64,000 bases of DNA from an uncultured Rhabdochlamydiaceae bacterium (GCA_963712275.1 CAVQHD010000001.1:800001-864000), one strand, 5' to 3'. Positions 10,274 to 19,918 are shown, counted from the first letter of the stretch. The notes: generated by a model not told the origin, from the sequence alone. A program made the numbers and translations.

Positions 10274-11341
10274 ATGGCGAATATCCAAGAGAGAAAAACC
10301 AAGGACGGAAAAATCACCTACCGGGTGCAAGTCCGTCTTAAAGGGTACCCAGCTCAACAAGCAACATTTCATCGTATAACTGATGCTCGGAGGTGGGCTC
10401 AGCAGGTAGAGTCAGCCATTAGAGAGGGAAGACACTTTAAGACGACTGAGTCCAAGAAGCACACCTTAGAACACCTTATCGATCGTTATATTGAGAGCAT
10501 TATCCCCAATAAAATGAAAAATGGCAGAAAACAAAAGGCCCAACTCATCTGGTGGAAACAGCAGATAGGGGATTATTCGCTTGCGGAGGTCACGCCATCA
10601 CTTATTGCAGAGTGCAGAGATGTTCTTCTGCAAGGGTTCACCCCTAGGGGGACAAAACGCTCGCCGTCAACAGCTGTTCGTTACATGGCCGCTCTGAGCC
10701 ATGCTCTAAGTGTAGCTGTGAAAGAATGGGGTTGGTTGGAAGATTCACCCATTCGTAAGGTGACTAAGCCTAGAGAACCCCGTGGTAGGGTGCGCTATTT
10801 AGATGAGCAGGAAAGGGAAAGGCTTCTCCAGGCATGTCGTGAGAGTAAAAATTCTTATTTGTACATTGTCGTTGTGATTGCTATTTCGACCGGGATGCGG
10901 CGATCTGAAATTCTCAACTTGACCTGGGCTGACGTCGATCTAGCAAAGGGGCGGATTATTCTTCATGAAACAAAGAATGGGGAACGAAGGGTAGTGCCTT
11001 TGCTTGGCCGGGCTCTTGAATTGCTGCGTAAGCATGAATTATTACGGCGGGTTGATACAGTTCTTGTTTTCCCCGCCATTCGTGGACAAAAGCCACAGAA
11101 GCCAGTTGATTTTCGAGGAGCTTGGGAGACGGCAATAGAAAAGGCCCAAATCAATGATTTTCGATTTCATGACCTTAGGCATAGTTGCGCTAGTTATCTC
11201 GCTATGGGCGGAGCCTCTTTAGCTGAGATCGGAGAATTGCTTGGCCACAAAAATTTGCAGGTCACGCGTCGCTATTCACACCTATCCGAAGTGCATACTG
11301 CTGGGGTTGTTGAAAGAATGAACGAAAAAATATTTGGGTGA
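10274..11341 (+). CDS. Tyrosine recombinase / phage-type integrase (start MANIQER)
   Basis: Catalytic set TGMRRSE, TKNG, HDLRH, LGHK, RRYSH; N-terminal YRVQVRLKG arm-binding-like segment; GAGGA before ATG 10274. Confidence 0.95.
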   Translation: MANIQERKTKDGKITYRVQVRLKGYPAQQATFHRITDARRWAQQVESAIREGRHFKTTESKKHTLEHLIDRYIESIIPNKMKNGRKQKAQLIWWKQQIGDYSLAEVTPSLIAECRDVLLQGFTPRGTKRSPSTAVRYMAALSHALSVAVKEWGWLEDSPIRKVTKPREPRGRVRYLDEQERERLLQACRESKNSYLYIVVVIAISTGMRRSEILNLTWADVDLAKGRIILHETKNGERRVVPLLGRALELLRKHELLRRVDTVLVFPAIRGQKPQKPVDFRGAWETAIEKAQINDFRFHDLRHSCASYLAMGGASLAEIGELLGHKNLQVTRRYSHLSEVHTAGVVERMNEKIFG

Positions 11342-11993
11342 GGAAATGTTACATCTCTACAGATTAGAACTCTTGCAGGAGCAGCGTCAACTTAAGCCTT
11401 TTTGGCTCAAAAAAGATAATGTTTTACGGTCAGATTGCATCTTCATCTTTTATAAAATAGAGCCCATGGGCCCAGGTGAAAGTGGTTTTCCCACCGAACA
11501 AATAATTGCCCAGTTTGATGTTATGCATATTTGGGAAATCTTTAAGGATTCTGATTTATGGTATAGCCATAGCCCTCAAATACCGCTCAAGAGCTTTGCT
11601 GAGTTTTTAAAACGCAAAGAAATAGAAATACCCGACCATCTTGCTTTCTTGCTGGAAGGGGGTAATCGAAAAAGCGATGATAAATTTACAAACGACAGTG
11701 AAAAAAAGGCTGTGGACGGTTTTATAGCAAGCGCGCGTCCTGTGCAATATCAAAGAGTTTTTCTTAGAATTGTGGCTCAGCATATTTGGAGAAACTATAA
11801 TCAAGAATCCAAGCCATCTGCCAGTGCACTAATAGAAAATAATCAAGATTTTAAAAAGATGAGGAAATTCATTGGCGCTGAAGACACGGGGGATAAGGTT
11901 GTAACTTCTTGGATTTCAGACTTAAGTCCTCGCGCAAAAAAGAATAAAAAAGCTAAAGCTACCCCAGCTATAAAAGAAACACCCTCCTGCTGA
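11334..11993 (+). CDS. Hypothetical protein coupled to the integrase gene
   Basis: 219-aa ORF overlapping the integrase stop, followed by a hairpin plus T-run near 12005-12025; start uncertain. Confidence 0.6.
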   Translation: MGEEMLHLYRLELLQEQRQLKPFWLKKDNVLRSDCIFIFYKIEPMGPGESGFPTEQIIAQFDVMHIWEIFKDSDLWYSHSPQIPLKSFAEFLKRKEIEIPDHLAFLLEGGNRKSDDKFTNDSEKKAVDGFIASARPVQYQRVFLRIVAQHIWRNYNQESKPSASALIENNQDFKKMRKFIGAEDTGDKVVTSWISDLSPRAKKNKKAKATPAIKETPSC

Positions 11994-12208
11994 TTCTTTA
12001 AAACGAGCCTTCTAGGGCTTTTTTTACCTCTTCTTGGGGTTAGTTTTCATTTGTCTTCCAAACCTTGAAAAACAATACTTGCTCTATGGAAAAACACCCC
12101 TTCTAGCGCTTAGGAGGGGTATTACTTTCTTGGCATGGTCGTAGAAAATAAACGTAAATGTTTCTTTAAAGATATCTTTCAAAAACCACAAAAAATAGGA
12201 GGTTACAA

Positions 12209-12427
12209 ATGAAAGACATCGATAATCGAAACCGTTACCTGTCTGTAGAACAGTTTGCTTTAGAACATCCGGCTTTTTCTCAAAGTTCCTTACGGCATCT
12301 TATTTTTGATGCTGATAGGAATGGATTTCGTTCTGTGCTTCGACGTGTAGGAAAAAGGAAAATCCTTTTGGATGAGCAGTCTTTTTTTGCATGGATCGAA
12401 CAGCAAAATCAGCAAGGAGGCAAATAA
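12209..12427 (+). CDS. Small excisionase/AlpA-like HTH DNA-binding protein
   Basis: 72 aa, YLSVEQFA..HPAFSQSSLRHLIF...RRVGKRKILLDE..F.AWIE; strong AGGAGG RBS; first gene of the replication-like module. Confidence 0.7.
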   Translation: MKDIDNRNRYLSVEQFALEHPAFSQSSLRHLIFDADRNGFRSVLRRVGKRKILLDEQSFFAWIEQQNQQGGK

Positions 12428-12774
12428 TGAAACAGCGAGAAAGACGGTTTCTAAAAGCCCTCCTTGAACAGGATAAAGTCTTCGTAAAGGACCTGCGGGC
12501 AATCGTGGGAGCTTTAAATCCTGCTCAGGTTGCGTTTGTTTTACGCCAAAAAGGCTGGAACATACAGACAAGATTTATCTCAATGCGAGACCGTGATGGG
12601 CTTATTTGTCATCCAGGGTACTACTGGCTGGACGATCAGGAAAAAGAAAGAGTCAGACGGTTCTTTGAAGATACCAGTGGAGCGGATGACGCCGCCCCGC
12701 CGGTGAATGGAAATTCAAAGTATGCTGATACTCAAATATCCAATACTCATCGTAGCAAAGAGGTAGAAAAATGA
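12427..12774 (+). CDS. Winged-HTH protein of satellite/prophage type (start MKQRERR)
   Basis: TAATG overlap with the upstream gene; NPAQVAFVLRQKGWNIQT resembles HTH_39-like proteins. Confidence 0.55.
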   Translation: MKQRERRFLKALLEQDKVFVKDLRAIVGALNPAQVAFVLRQKGWNIQTRFISMRDRDGLICHPGYYWLDDQEKERVRRFFEDTSGADDAAPPVNGNSKYADTQISNTHRSKEVEK

Positions 12775-14246
12775 CTACCTCTTTGCAAGATTGGACAGCC
12801 CCCATACCATTAGGGGCTTCTCTTTTTTCTACCTGGGCATCCGATATTTTTCCGGAGCCTGTTCAATCCTTCGTTAGTGAATTGGCAAGGGCGACTGAAA
12901 CGCCCATAGAACTAGCCTCGCTGGCTACATTTTCAGGGCTTTCAACCGTTGCTCAAGGGAAATACATCGTGCAAGTAAAGCCTGATTATTTCGAGCCCGT
13001 GAACGTTTGGACGGCTGTTGCTCTCCCATCTGGGTCTCGGAAGTCGGCTGTTCAAAAATATATCACAGCCCCTTTGACCCAATGGGAAAAAGAACAAAAG
13101 AAATTAATTGATCCTCTCATCGCTCAGGTTGCATCTGAAAACAAGAGTATTGAAACTCGCGTTAAAGAAATTCGACGAAAGGGTGCATTGGCTGAAGTTG
13201 ATGAGTACGAAAAGATAAAAGAAGAGGCGGCAAAGCTTGAATCACAGATTCGGGAAGTACCAACGGTCCCTCAGCTTTGGACTGGAGACATTACTCCCGA
13301 GAATCTGGGGACGCTCATGGCTGAAAACGATGAATGTATGGCATTTTTGAGCGACGAAGCCGGTGTATTTGATATTTTATCCGGACGATATTCTTCTGGA
13401 ATACCGAATTTAGACCTATTTCTTCAGGCTCACTCAGGAAGCCCCACGCGGGTCAATCGAGGGAGTCGTCCACCAGTATTTTTGGATCATCCAGCTCTTA
13501 CCATGGGGTTGACTCCTCAACCGGATGTGTTAAGAGGTCTTGCAAAAACGCCAGCATTTCGTGGCAGAGGTCTTTTAGCAAGATTTTTATATGCTATACC
13601 TGCATCAAATTTAGGGGTTAGGTGTTTAGATGCCCCTCCATTGTCTGTCAGGTCTCAAGAAAGTTTTAACACAATTATCACAGCGATTCTTAATCACCCT
13701 AAAGATGAAAATAATCCGCATATTCTCAAACTTTCCAAAGAAGCATTGGAAGACTGGCATTATTATGCTTTAGCGGTTGAAATCAAAATGGGGGATGATG
13801 GCCCCTTTGCTCATATGCGGGACTGGGCTGGTAAACTGCCTGGTGCAATAGCAAGAATGGCAGCTCTACTGCATGTGGCTAGATATGCCGAAAGCCACCC
13901 CTGGAAGATTGAAATAGGTAATACAGATATGAAAGCTGCCATCAAAATCGGGCATGTACTCTCTGAACATGCTCTTGGAGTTTTTGAGCTTATGGGTGCT
14001 GATCCAGCTCTAGATGGAGCAAAAACAATCCTAAACTGGATTCAAAGAAAACAGCTGAGGCGGTTCACCTTTCGAGATTGCCATTACGCACATAAAAGTA
14101 AATTCAAGAGGGCGAAAGAAATGGAGTTCTCAATGGAAGTGTTAGAGGAGAGGCATTTTATAAAAGAGATCAATAAGGAGAGTAAACCGCATCGTCCTAG
14201 CAGGATTTTTGATGTTAATCCTCAAATTTGGCAGGAGAAAAGCTAA
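12771..14246 (+). CDS. DUF3987 / YfjI-family protein (putative replication helicase-like)
   Basis: ALPSGSRKS P-loop-like motif, DITPENL, SDEAG.F..LSGRYS, NLDLFLQAHSG..RVNR, RGRGLLARFLY. Confidence 0.85.
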   Translation: MTTSLQDWTAPIPLGASLFSTWASDIFPEPVQSFVSELARATETPIELASLATFSGLSTVAQGKYIVQVKPDYFEPVNVWTAVALPSGSRKSAVQKYITAPLTQWEKEQKKLIDPLIAQVASENKSIETRVKEIRRKGALAEVDEYEKIKEEAAKLESQIREVPTVPQLWTGDITPENLGTLMAENDECMAFLSDEAGVFDILSGRYSSGIPNLDLFLQAHSGSPTRVNRGSRPPVFLDHPALTMGLTPQPDVLRGLAKTPAFRGRGLLARFLYAIPASNLGVRCLDAPPLSVRSQESFNTIITAILNHPKDENNPHILKLSKEALEDWHYYALAVEIKMGDDGPFAHMRDWAGKLPGAIARMAALLHVARYAESHPWKIEIGNTDMKAAIKIGHVLSEHALGVFELMGADPALDGAKTILNWIQRKQLRRFTFRDCHYAHKSKFKRAKEMEFSMEVLEERHFIKEINKESKPHRPSRIFDVNPQIWQEKS

Positions 14247-14313
14247 TGCGTCTTTTTGTGGCTTTTGTCCCTTATGTTCTAAAAGATTTAAAAAAATAAT
14301 TACGGAGATGCGT

Positions 14314-14931
14314 ATGACCAAGAAGGAATTGCGGAAAAAAGAGAACCTCATTCCCCAAAATAAAGAAAGTATTACAAGTGGCACAAGCCCTTTTATTCGC
14401 TACAAGTACAAGTGTAATGAAAAGACGGGTAAAGATGAGTTTGTTTCAATCGAATTATCAGATGGGACAAAGATAGATAATGAAGAAGCTCTGATAAGGC
14501 TCCAGAAGGCTCTAAAAGAAGCCACAGGAACGGATGATCTGCATTTGTCCGAACAAATCTTATGTTCGGCTGCTTTTGGGATGCCCGAACACAAACATGA
14601 GTCTAGACTTAATAATCTATTAGCCTTGATGCCTGCTTTTAAACCCCAGGACGAAACTGAAGCCACTTTATTTGGTCAGTTTCTAACACTGCAAAAATCG
14701 GGATTTAAATGTCTCCGTAAAGCGAATGATTCGGACAGTTTTTTTCACATGGAGAGCTTATTTTCTCTCGCCGGTAAACTTTTCCGTACGGCAAATGAAA
14801 CGATGCAGACTATTTTGAGGTACAGATCGGGAGGTCGTCAGGAGATTCAAATAGTTCATTTACACAACGAGGGACAGGCTATCGTTACTCAAAATCTTTC
14901 CTCTGGGGGAGGGGGTAAGGAAAAAATATGA
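14314..14931 (+). CDS. Hypothetical protein of the type found next to HGGxSTG genes
   Basis: PQDETEATLFGQ and C-terminal IQIVHLHNEGQAIV; GGAG RBS before ATG 14314. Confidence 0.6.
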   Translation: MTKKELRKKENLIPQNKESITSGTSPFIRYKYKCNEKTGKDEFVSIELSDGTKIDNEEALIRLQKALKEATGTDDLHLSEQILCSAAFGMPEHKHESRLNNLLALMPAFKPQDETEATLFGQFLTLQKSGFKCLRKANDSDSFFHMESLFSLAGKLFRTANETMQTILRYRSGGRQEIQIVHLHNEGQAIVTQNLSSGGGGKEKI

Positions 14932-14952
14932 AATTGAACCCCATGGTTCATT

Positions 14953-15216
14953 GTGGCTCAATGTAGTGCAAGAGGTAAAAGATCGAAAGAACGGTGTCTC
15001 AGATGGGCGGTTAGAGGCCGCAGTACATGTCATATGCATGGAGGCTGGTCCAGAGGTCCCAAAACCAAGAAAGGGAGGAAGCGCTCTCGTTTAGCTGTGC
15101 TGAAGCATGGACGATACACGAAGAAAGCAAAAGCTGAGCGCCGTGAAGTAATTGATTTGATAAAAAGATGTAAAAACAATTTAAATTTTTTCTTCATTCT
15201 TACTATCTTTAATTGA
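14953..15216 (+). CDS. HGGxSTG-domain protein
   Basis: QCSAR.KRS.ERC...GRSTCHMHGGWSRGPKT.KG...LKHGRYT. An ATG at 14928 coupled to the upstream stop is out of frame, so the start may be frameshifted. Confidence 0.8.
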   Translation: MAQCSARGKRSKERCLRWAVRGRSTCHMHGGWSRGPKTKKGRKRSRLAVLKHGRYTKKAKAERREVIDLIKRCKNNLNFFFILTIFN

Positions 15217-15686
15217 AAAATTATATCTCATTACTGATTGTTTTTATTTATGGTTTTTATATATTATGTCACTCTAATTTAGGTTATGGTGATATGGATA
15301 CAAAAACTATCAAGAAACGAATTGCATCTGCTTTTACCGCTTGTGGTTGGTTACTAGGGCTTCAAGCTTTCAGCTCGGCGTACTACTTGCTTACTGGCAT
15401 GTCTAACTCGAATAATGACGATATCTTTATTGGACTTTTTGGATTTGGAATTGGTGCGATATTTTATTGGTTATTCAAAAAAACCAAAACTGAAACTACA
15501 TACAAAAATTTAGGAGCTTTATTTCTGTTATGCCTAGGGCTTGATGCTATGGATATGGCTTTCTTTATGTATGAAAAATTCAGTGTGTTTCTGATCGCCT
15601 TAGCAGTAAAAACACCAATTTGTGTCCTTTTGTACAAAGGGACCATTGCCGGTATTGAGCAATACAAGGGAGGGAAAAGAATATGA
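15213..15686 (+). CDS. Hypothetical multi-pass membrane protein
   Basis: About 4-5 hydrophobic segments; AT-rich cargo region. Confidence 0.6.
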   Translation: MKNYISLLIVFIYGFYILCHSNLGYGDMDTKTIKKRIASAFTACGWLLGLQAFSSAYYLLTGMSNSNNDDIFIGLFGFGIGAIFYWLFKKTKTETTYKNLGALFLLCLGLDAMDMAFFMYEKFSVFLIALAVKTPICVLLYKGTIAGIEQYKGGKRI

Positions 15687-15764
15687 TTTCACAATTGGTG
15701 CCAAAATAGAAACTATCAACATACTAAATGAACAGTATAAATTGTATAAAAAAGAAAAGAAACG

Positions 15765-16106
15765 ATGAAGAATAAGCATAAGGTTTGGATTTGGTGTATT
15801 GGGTTATCAGTTTCGTTATGTATTTGGTGGTTTTGGGAGTCTAAAGCTGATTTTATTGAAGATAACAGCATTGTAACATGGCCTTCAATTTGTATTTTTG
15901 GTGTGTTGCTATATTGCAGTTATCTTGCAACAGGGAAATTGTACGTTTTTCAGGACACTTTCGATGAAATTGATGCTAGAATTAAAAATTGTGAAGAGCA
16001 AATTCATATCTTGAATAACATGGCGATCAGCAATAGCAATTTAATAGATGTTATAAACAAAAAAAGACAAAGAAAAAAACCAAATAAAGGAACAATAAAA
16101 AGATGA
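15765..16106 (+). CDS. Hypothetical membrane protein with a coiled-coil-like tail
   Basis: Two hydrophobic segments followed by FDEIDARIKNCEEQIHILNN. Confidence 0.55.
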   Translation: MKNKHKVWIWCIGLSVSLCIWWFWESKADFIEDNSIVTWPSICIFGVLLYCSYLATGKLYVFQDTFDEIDARIKNCEEQIHILNNMAISNSNLIDVINKKRQRKKPNKGTIKR

Positions 16107-16369
16107 AGTGGAGCATGTATACGCTACAGGCGATTTTGCTATTCCTCAAACTTCTTCCTTACGGAACACCTCTTTTTTTCTGGGGCGTTGATTTGCAACA
16201 GCCGCTTATTAATGGGGTTGATCCTGCTATTGTCTGGAATAAGCCTTATATGAATTTTTATTCTGATTTCAGTTCAGTTAGTTGGTGGCTTGTACTGATA
16301 CCAATCTATTTTTTGATTGGAAATGAGTTTTTGCCCCATATCCTAACAAAAAAGAGTAGAAAAAAATGA
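16103..16369 (+). CDS. Hypothetical small membrane protein
   Basis: ATGA overlaps on both sides; two hydrophobic segments. Confidence 0.55.
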   Translation: MKWSMYTLQAILLFLKLLPYGTPLFFWGVDLQQPLINGVDPAIVWNKPYMNFYSDFSSVSWWLVLIPIYFLIGNEFLPHILTKKSRKK

Positions 16370-16677
16370 ATCGGAAGAGTGTAAAAAAGAAAAACAAATA
16401 TCTAATAGGATTAATTATTTTGTCTTTGGTTGGAGTCGGAGTTACTCTTTCTTGCGAGGACAGTAAAAAGTCTAAACTGGATAAATATTATTTAGAACGA
16501 TTTAAGTCCATTAAGAGCCGTATGATTTATGGTTCATCAGCAGATTCGGAAAAAGACCTTAATGATTACCATGATCAAACCGAGCTTTGTATGCACCAAG
16601 ATGGATATACTGGACCCGAAATAATGGAGATAAGGATACAAGCCTTTAGGGAAGCTCTTTTAACAGGAAAGCAGTAA
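16366..16677 (+). CDS. Hypothetical lipoprotein-like protein
   Basis: Basic N-terminus and hydrophobic stretch ending VTLSC (lipobox-like). Confidence 0.55.
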   Translation: MNRKSVKKKNKYLIGLIILSLVGVGVTLSCEDSKKSKLDKYYLERFKSIKSRMIYGSSADSEKDLNDYHDQTELCMHQDGYTGPEIMEIRIQAFREALLTGKQ

Positions 16678-16690
16678 GAGGATCGCTCAG

Positions 16691-17221
16691 ATGAGAATGC
16701 TTTTTTCATTGAGAATAACATCTAGTATAAAACAAAAAATAAAGATACATATGAAAGCATTACAGTGTTTCCTCATGATACTCTTCTTAGGGCATCTCTT
16801 GGGGGGCGCTGGTATTCTTTATGGGGCTGAAGAATATAAAGGGTTCGTTATCATAGATCGAAAGCCTTGGAAAACATCTTGGTTTCAGGAAAATGGTTTT
16901 TGGGTTCTTTTAGCTAGATTTGATAAAGGAGAGTTGAAAACTTATTTTAAAAATGCTCCTCCGCCCTCTGGATTAGGTATTGATTCTGTGAATAAGCCAG
17001 TAAAACAAGAATTTAGATACTTCGCATCGGGGGAAGTATTTACATCAAAAAATAGCCAGTATGAACAATGGCCTGATGGTGCAAAAACTTGGGCCTTTTC
17101 TTATGATTGTAAGATTAAGCTAGCTTCAGGTCGACTTGCGGATGGGTGTACTACTGCGATAATCCAAGAAGTGAAGGGAATACCAAATGAAATTCGTTAT
17201 TCTCTTTTCTTAGTTCCTTAA
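16691..17221 (+). CDS. Hypothetical secreted protein
   Basis: Signal-like MKALQCFLMILFLGHLLGGAGILYG; true start probably the internal Met. Confidence 0.55.
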   Translation: MRMLFSLRITSSIKQKIKIHMKALQCFLMILFLGHLLGGAGILYGAEEYKGFVIIDRKPWKTSWFQENGFWVLLARFDKGELKTYFKNAPPPSGLGIDSVNKPVKQEFRYFASGEVFTSKNSQYEQWPDGAKTWAFSYDCKIKLASGRLADGCTTAIIQEVKGIPNEIRYSLFLVP

Positions 17222-17264
17222 CCGAGCAGTAACTTTCTTAGTCCAATCAACCTTCTTACAATTT

Positions 17265-17293
17265 ATGGCACATTGACGGCACACTTTGTGATG
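17265..17293 (+). promoter_or_regulatory. Putative integrase arm-type site pair, right end of element A
   Basis: ATGGCACATTGACGGCACACTTTGTGATG; heptamer pair ends 117 bp before the att core at 17400. Confidence 0.7.
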
Positions 17294-17399
17294 AAAAAAT
17301 AAGAAAATATAAGACTGTCAATGAAATATTTTATTCTGTAAATAGCTGAGCTTTATATCATTAACTATCTTTTATTAACCTTGACTATCCCTATCCGAT

Positions 17400-17475
17400 G
17401 ACTTAAAATCCCCTCCGTTAATAGCGGGTGCAGGTTCGACTCCTGTTCCGAGCAATTCTCTATAGAAAATGACCT
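17400..17475 (+). repeat. att core copy 2 (3' half of tRNA-Leu plus about 20 bp)
   Basis: 75/76 identity to 9274-9349; lacks the tRNA 5' half. Confidence 0.95.
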
Positions 17476-17568
17476 TTTTTGAGACCCCAAAAAGCTTGTT
17501 CAATCAAGCTTTAAATGTTGTCCATGGTCCACTGGTGGTCCACTAATCAGCTGAAAAAAAGCTAAAGT

Positions 17569-18006
17569 CGAATTCAAGGAATGCTTTTTCCGTGGCTCGA
17601 GGAAGAACTCGAACCTTTGACCGAAAAACAAGAACAACTCATTACGATTCTGGAAGTTATACGTATTGAGGAATTTATTCCTGATTATTTCGGTTGTGAA
17701 GGACGTCCTCAAAAAACGCGCCCCGCTATCGCAAGAGCCTACGTCGCTAAAATGATCTATAATCACGATACAACTCTTCAACTTCTCGAGCGATTACAAG
17801 GTGATAAAAACCTCAGAAGAATCTGCGATTGGGAATACCGAGGACAAATTCCTAGCGAGTCGACTTTTTCAAGAGCCTTTGCAGAGTTTGCCAAGACATC
17901 TCTGCCAGATCGAGTTTTACAAGCTATCATCGACAAGAATCTTAAAACTGAAGTCTTTTTGCATCTCTCCCGCGATTCTACAGCCATTGAAGCCAGGGAA
18001 AAAGCT
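17569..18006 (+). pseudogene. Truncated IS5/IS1182-like transposase fragment
   Basis: RIQGMLFPWLEEELEPLTEKQ...SRDSTAIEARE is clearly paralogous to the N-terminal half of the 36802-37974 transposase; ends after the first catalytic Asp; no IRs. Confidence 0.9.
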
Positions 18007-18403
18007 ACACCAAATCATTATTCAAGAGCGCGTTCCTGTTGGTATGTTCATGGACGAAGGTGATGTGGCCGATGATTGGAAGGCTATAAAAAACCACGTT
18101 ATTGATTCTAGAGCCCCTTTGGTTTCTGATCGACCTGCCCCGAATAGAAAGTGGCTTAATAAAGATAAATTTGCCAGGAACATATGTAATGCCAATCGGT
18201 TTAAAACTTGGTCGAGAGGAGGTCATCCCCCAGACAATGAACTAACCAGAGAGGAGTTGATTGATCGCAAGGTAGAAGTCCTCACGAACCAGATTATGTT
18301 TGGAAAGGAAAGTTACCAAAGTTCACGTAGGGATATGCCTCATTTTAATTTCTACGATGTTTCAGATGACGAAAGCCAAGGGAGGTTCAAATGGCTGCTG
18401 TGA
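18004..18403 (+). pseudogene. 3' fragment of an unknown gene fused to the IS remnant
   Basis: The protein-like part of ORF 17801-18403 begins exactly where transposase homology stops. Confidence 0.4.
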
Positions 18404-18466
18404 CTTTGCAAGGCGTAATTCAAGCAATTCAGAATCAAATCCCCGCTTTAGGAAGGGATCCATTTA

Positions 18467-18820
18467 CTATCGATCAAACGACCATTTCTTCGCATCTGCT
18501 TCACTGAGCCTGAACGAATAGTATTTTTGGGCGGTTTCTGAAGCGACACCCTTTTGATACAAAAGAAAGGCTCTATGATCCGCATCGGGTAATGACAAAC
18601 GGCTTTCTTGAGAAAGATCGGTGTACCGTTTTGCCGCATGTTCTTGAAGTGTTTGTTGAGTAACGCTGCTCATATCAGAATTTTTAGTCATTTGCTGCAT
18701 AACTTCTGAAATAACCACGCATTTTGGATCTGTGGCTGCGGTCTCTATTTTTGGGAAAAGTCCTTTAGGAGTTAGATCTAGACTAACGTCAGTAGTAGCA
18801 CTGCTCATATTGCACCTCAT
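18467..18820 (-). CDS. Hypothetical protein
   Basis: 117-aa ORF with Ser/Thr-rich N-terminus; GAGG before the internal Met (MSSATT). Confidence 0.45.
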   Translation of the reverse strand: MRCNMSSATTDVSLDLTPKGLFPKIETAATDPKCVVISEVMQQMTKNSDMSSVTQQTLQEHAAKRYTDLSQESRLSLPDADHRAFLLYQKGVASETAQKYYSFRLSEADAKKWSFDR

Positions 18821-18999
18821 GAAAATGTTAAGAGGCAGAATTCTATCACTAGGAAAAGGGTAGTGTCAATTTAAAGAAATTCCTCTCTGTTTTTATAAAG
18901 ATCCTGACAGCTCGCTGGGTAAGAGAGGATAGTCTCGGAAGTTTTGATAGTGATAGTTTTGGACCTTTTGAACCTTTCGCGAACCACACTATTTCAAAT

Positions 19000-19371
19000 T
19001 TACTTGCCGAGGGCGGCGACTCTAGCATTAGAGGGGGAATCGCCAATCATAGTGCTGCCATGACCATGATGAGAAGAGGGGGTAATTTTGATGTAGATGT
19101 CTTGGCCAAGATCGTTGAGGAATCGGAATAGGCGTTCCATAGAGAAACTCTTCAAATAGCCTCGGAGCAGTAAAGAGACTTTAGGTTGAGCGATCTTGAG
19201 GATTGCAGCAACGCGTTTTTGAGTCAGTTTATGCTTTTTGATGATTTTAGCAATTTCCCAAGCAAGCTGAGCTTTGGCTAGAGCTTCCTCTGGATTGGCA
19301 AGCCCCAAATCAGCAAATACGTTGCCTGAGCCAATTTCGTATTCAATGCTGTCCTGTTTCTTTTTTTTCAT
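19000..19371 (-). CDS. XRE-HTH antitoxin (HigA-like; start MKKKKQD)
   Basis: GSGNVFADLGL...LTQKRVAAILKIAQPKVSLLLRG...FSMERLFRFL; ATGA overlap with the toxin stop. Confidence 0.9.
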   Translation of the reverse strand: MKKKKQDSIEYEIGSGNVFADLGLANPEEALAKAQLAWEIAKIIKKHKLTQKRVAAILKIAQPKVSLLLRGYLKSFSMERLFRFLNDLGQDIYIKITPSSHHGHGSTMIGDSPSNARVAALGK

Positions 19372-19715
19372 TCTATTTCCTTCAGAAACTCTTTTGCTTC
19401 TGCCAAACGCTTTTTTACTAATTCTATTTCTTGCTGAGGGGTGGCAATCCCGCTCTTCGATTTCTTTTGGAAGGCATGCAACACGGCTATGCATTCTTTA
19501 AATTCCACCGTATACACGACTCGAAATGTTCCGTTCGAGTCATTTTCTATAATCTCTCGAACTTTTGCGTTTCCAAATCCCTTTAAGACCTTGGAAGAAG
19601 GAGGCGTTTCGCCCTCTTGAACGCCCCATAGGGCAAATCCTACGGATCGCTGCACTCTTTCAGGGAAGTGTTTTAAGTCGGCCTTGCTGCGCCCGATCCA
19701 GACGATTTGCTTCAC
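19368..19715 (-). CDS. RelE/ParE-superfamily toxin (HigB/Gp49-like)
   Basis: IVWIGRSKADLKHFP, LKGFG..VREI, TFRVVYTVEF, VLHAFQKKS; toxin-first gene order. Confidence 0.9.
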   Translation of the reverse strand: MKQIVWIGRSKADLKHFPERVQRSVGFALWGVQEGETPPSSKVLKGFGNAKVREIIENDSNGTFRVVYTVEFKECIAVLHAFQKKSKSGIATPQQEIELVKKRLAEAKEFLKEIE

Positions 19716-19746
19716 ACTGTTCCAATAACTTCATTTCTTAAGCTCA

Positions 19747-19776
19747 ACTATACCCATTTGGGAATATTTTTGGCAA
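19747..19776 (-). promoter_or_regulatory. Candidate TA promoter with an operator palindrome
   Basis: Minus strand TTGCCA-N18-TATAGT overlapping the imperfect palindrome TATACCCATTTGGGAATA (19749-19766). Confidence 0.55.
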
Positions 19777-19918
19777 GGGCTAATGGGACATAGGTGGGAC
19801 AGCAAACTTCAAAAGCTGCCAGTCTAAAATAATATCTATCAATTAAAATTGGTCATCAACCTACTGATTATTAGTTTGATAGTGGTTAAGATAGGTGGAG
19901 AATGGTTGGATCGGGTCT

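Noticed and set aside
15213..17221. Integron cassette array downstream of the tyrosine recombinase
   Set aside because: No attC-like repeats between the ORFs, several overlap by ATGA, and the integrase lacks recognisable IntI features.
17801..18063. ORF-track proteins 17581-18063 and 17801-18403 as intact genes
   Set aside because: Both are chimeras reading across the IS-fragment junction near 18005.
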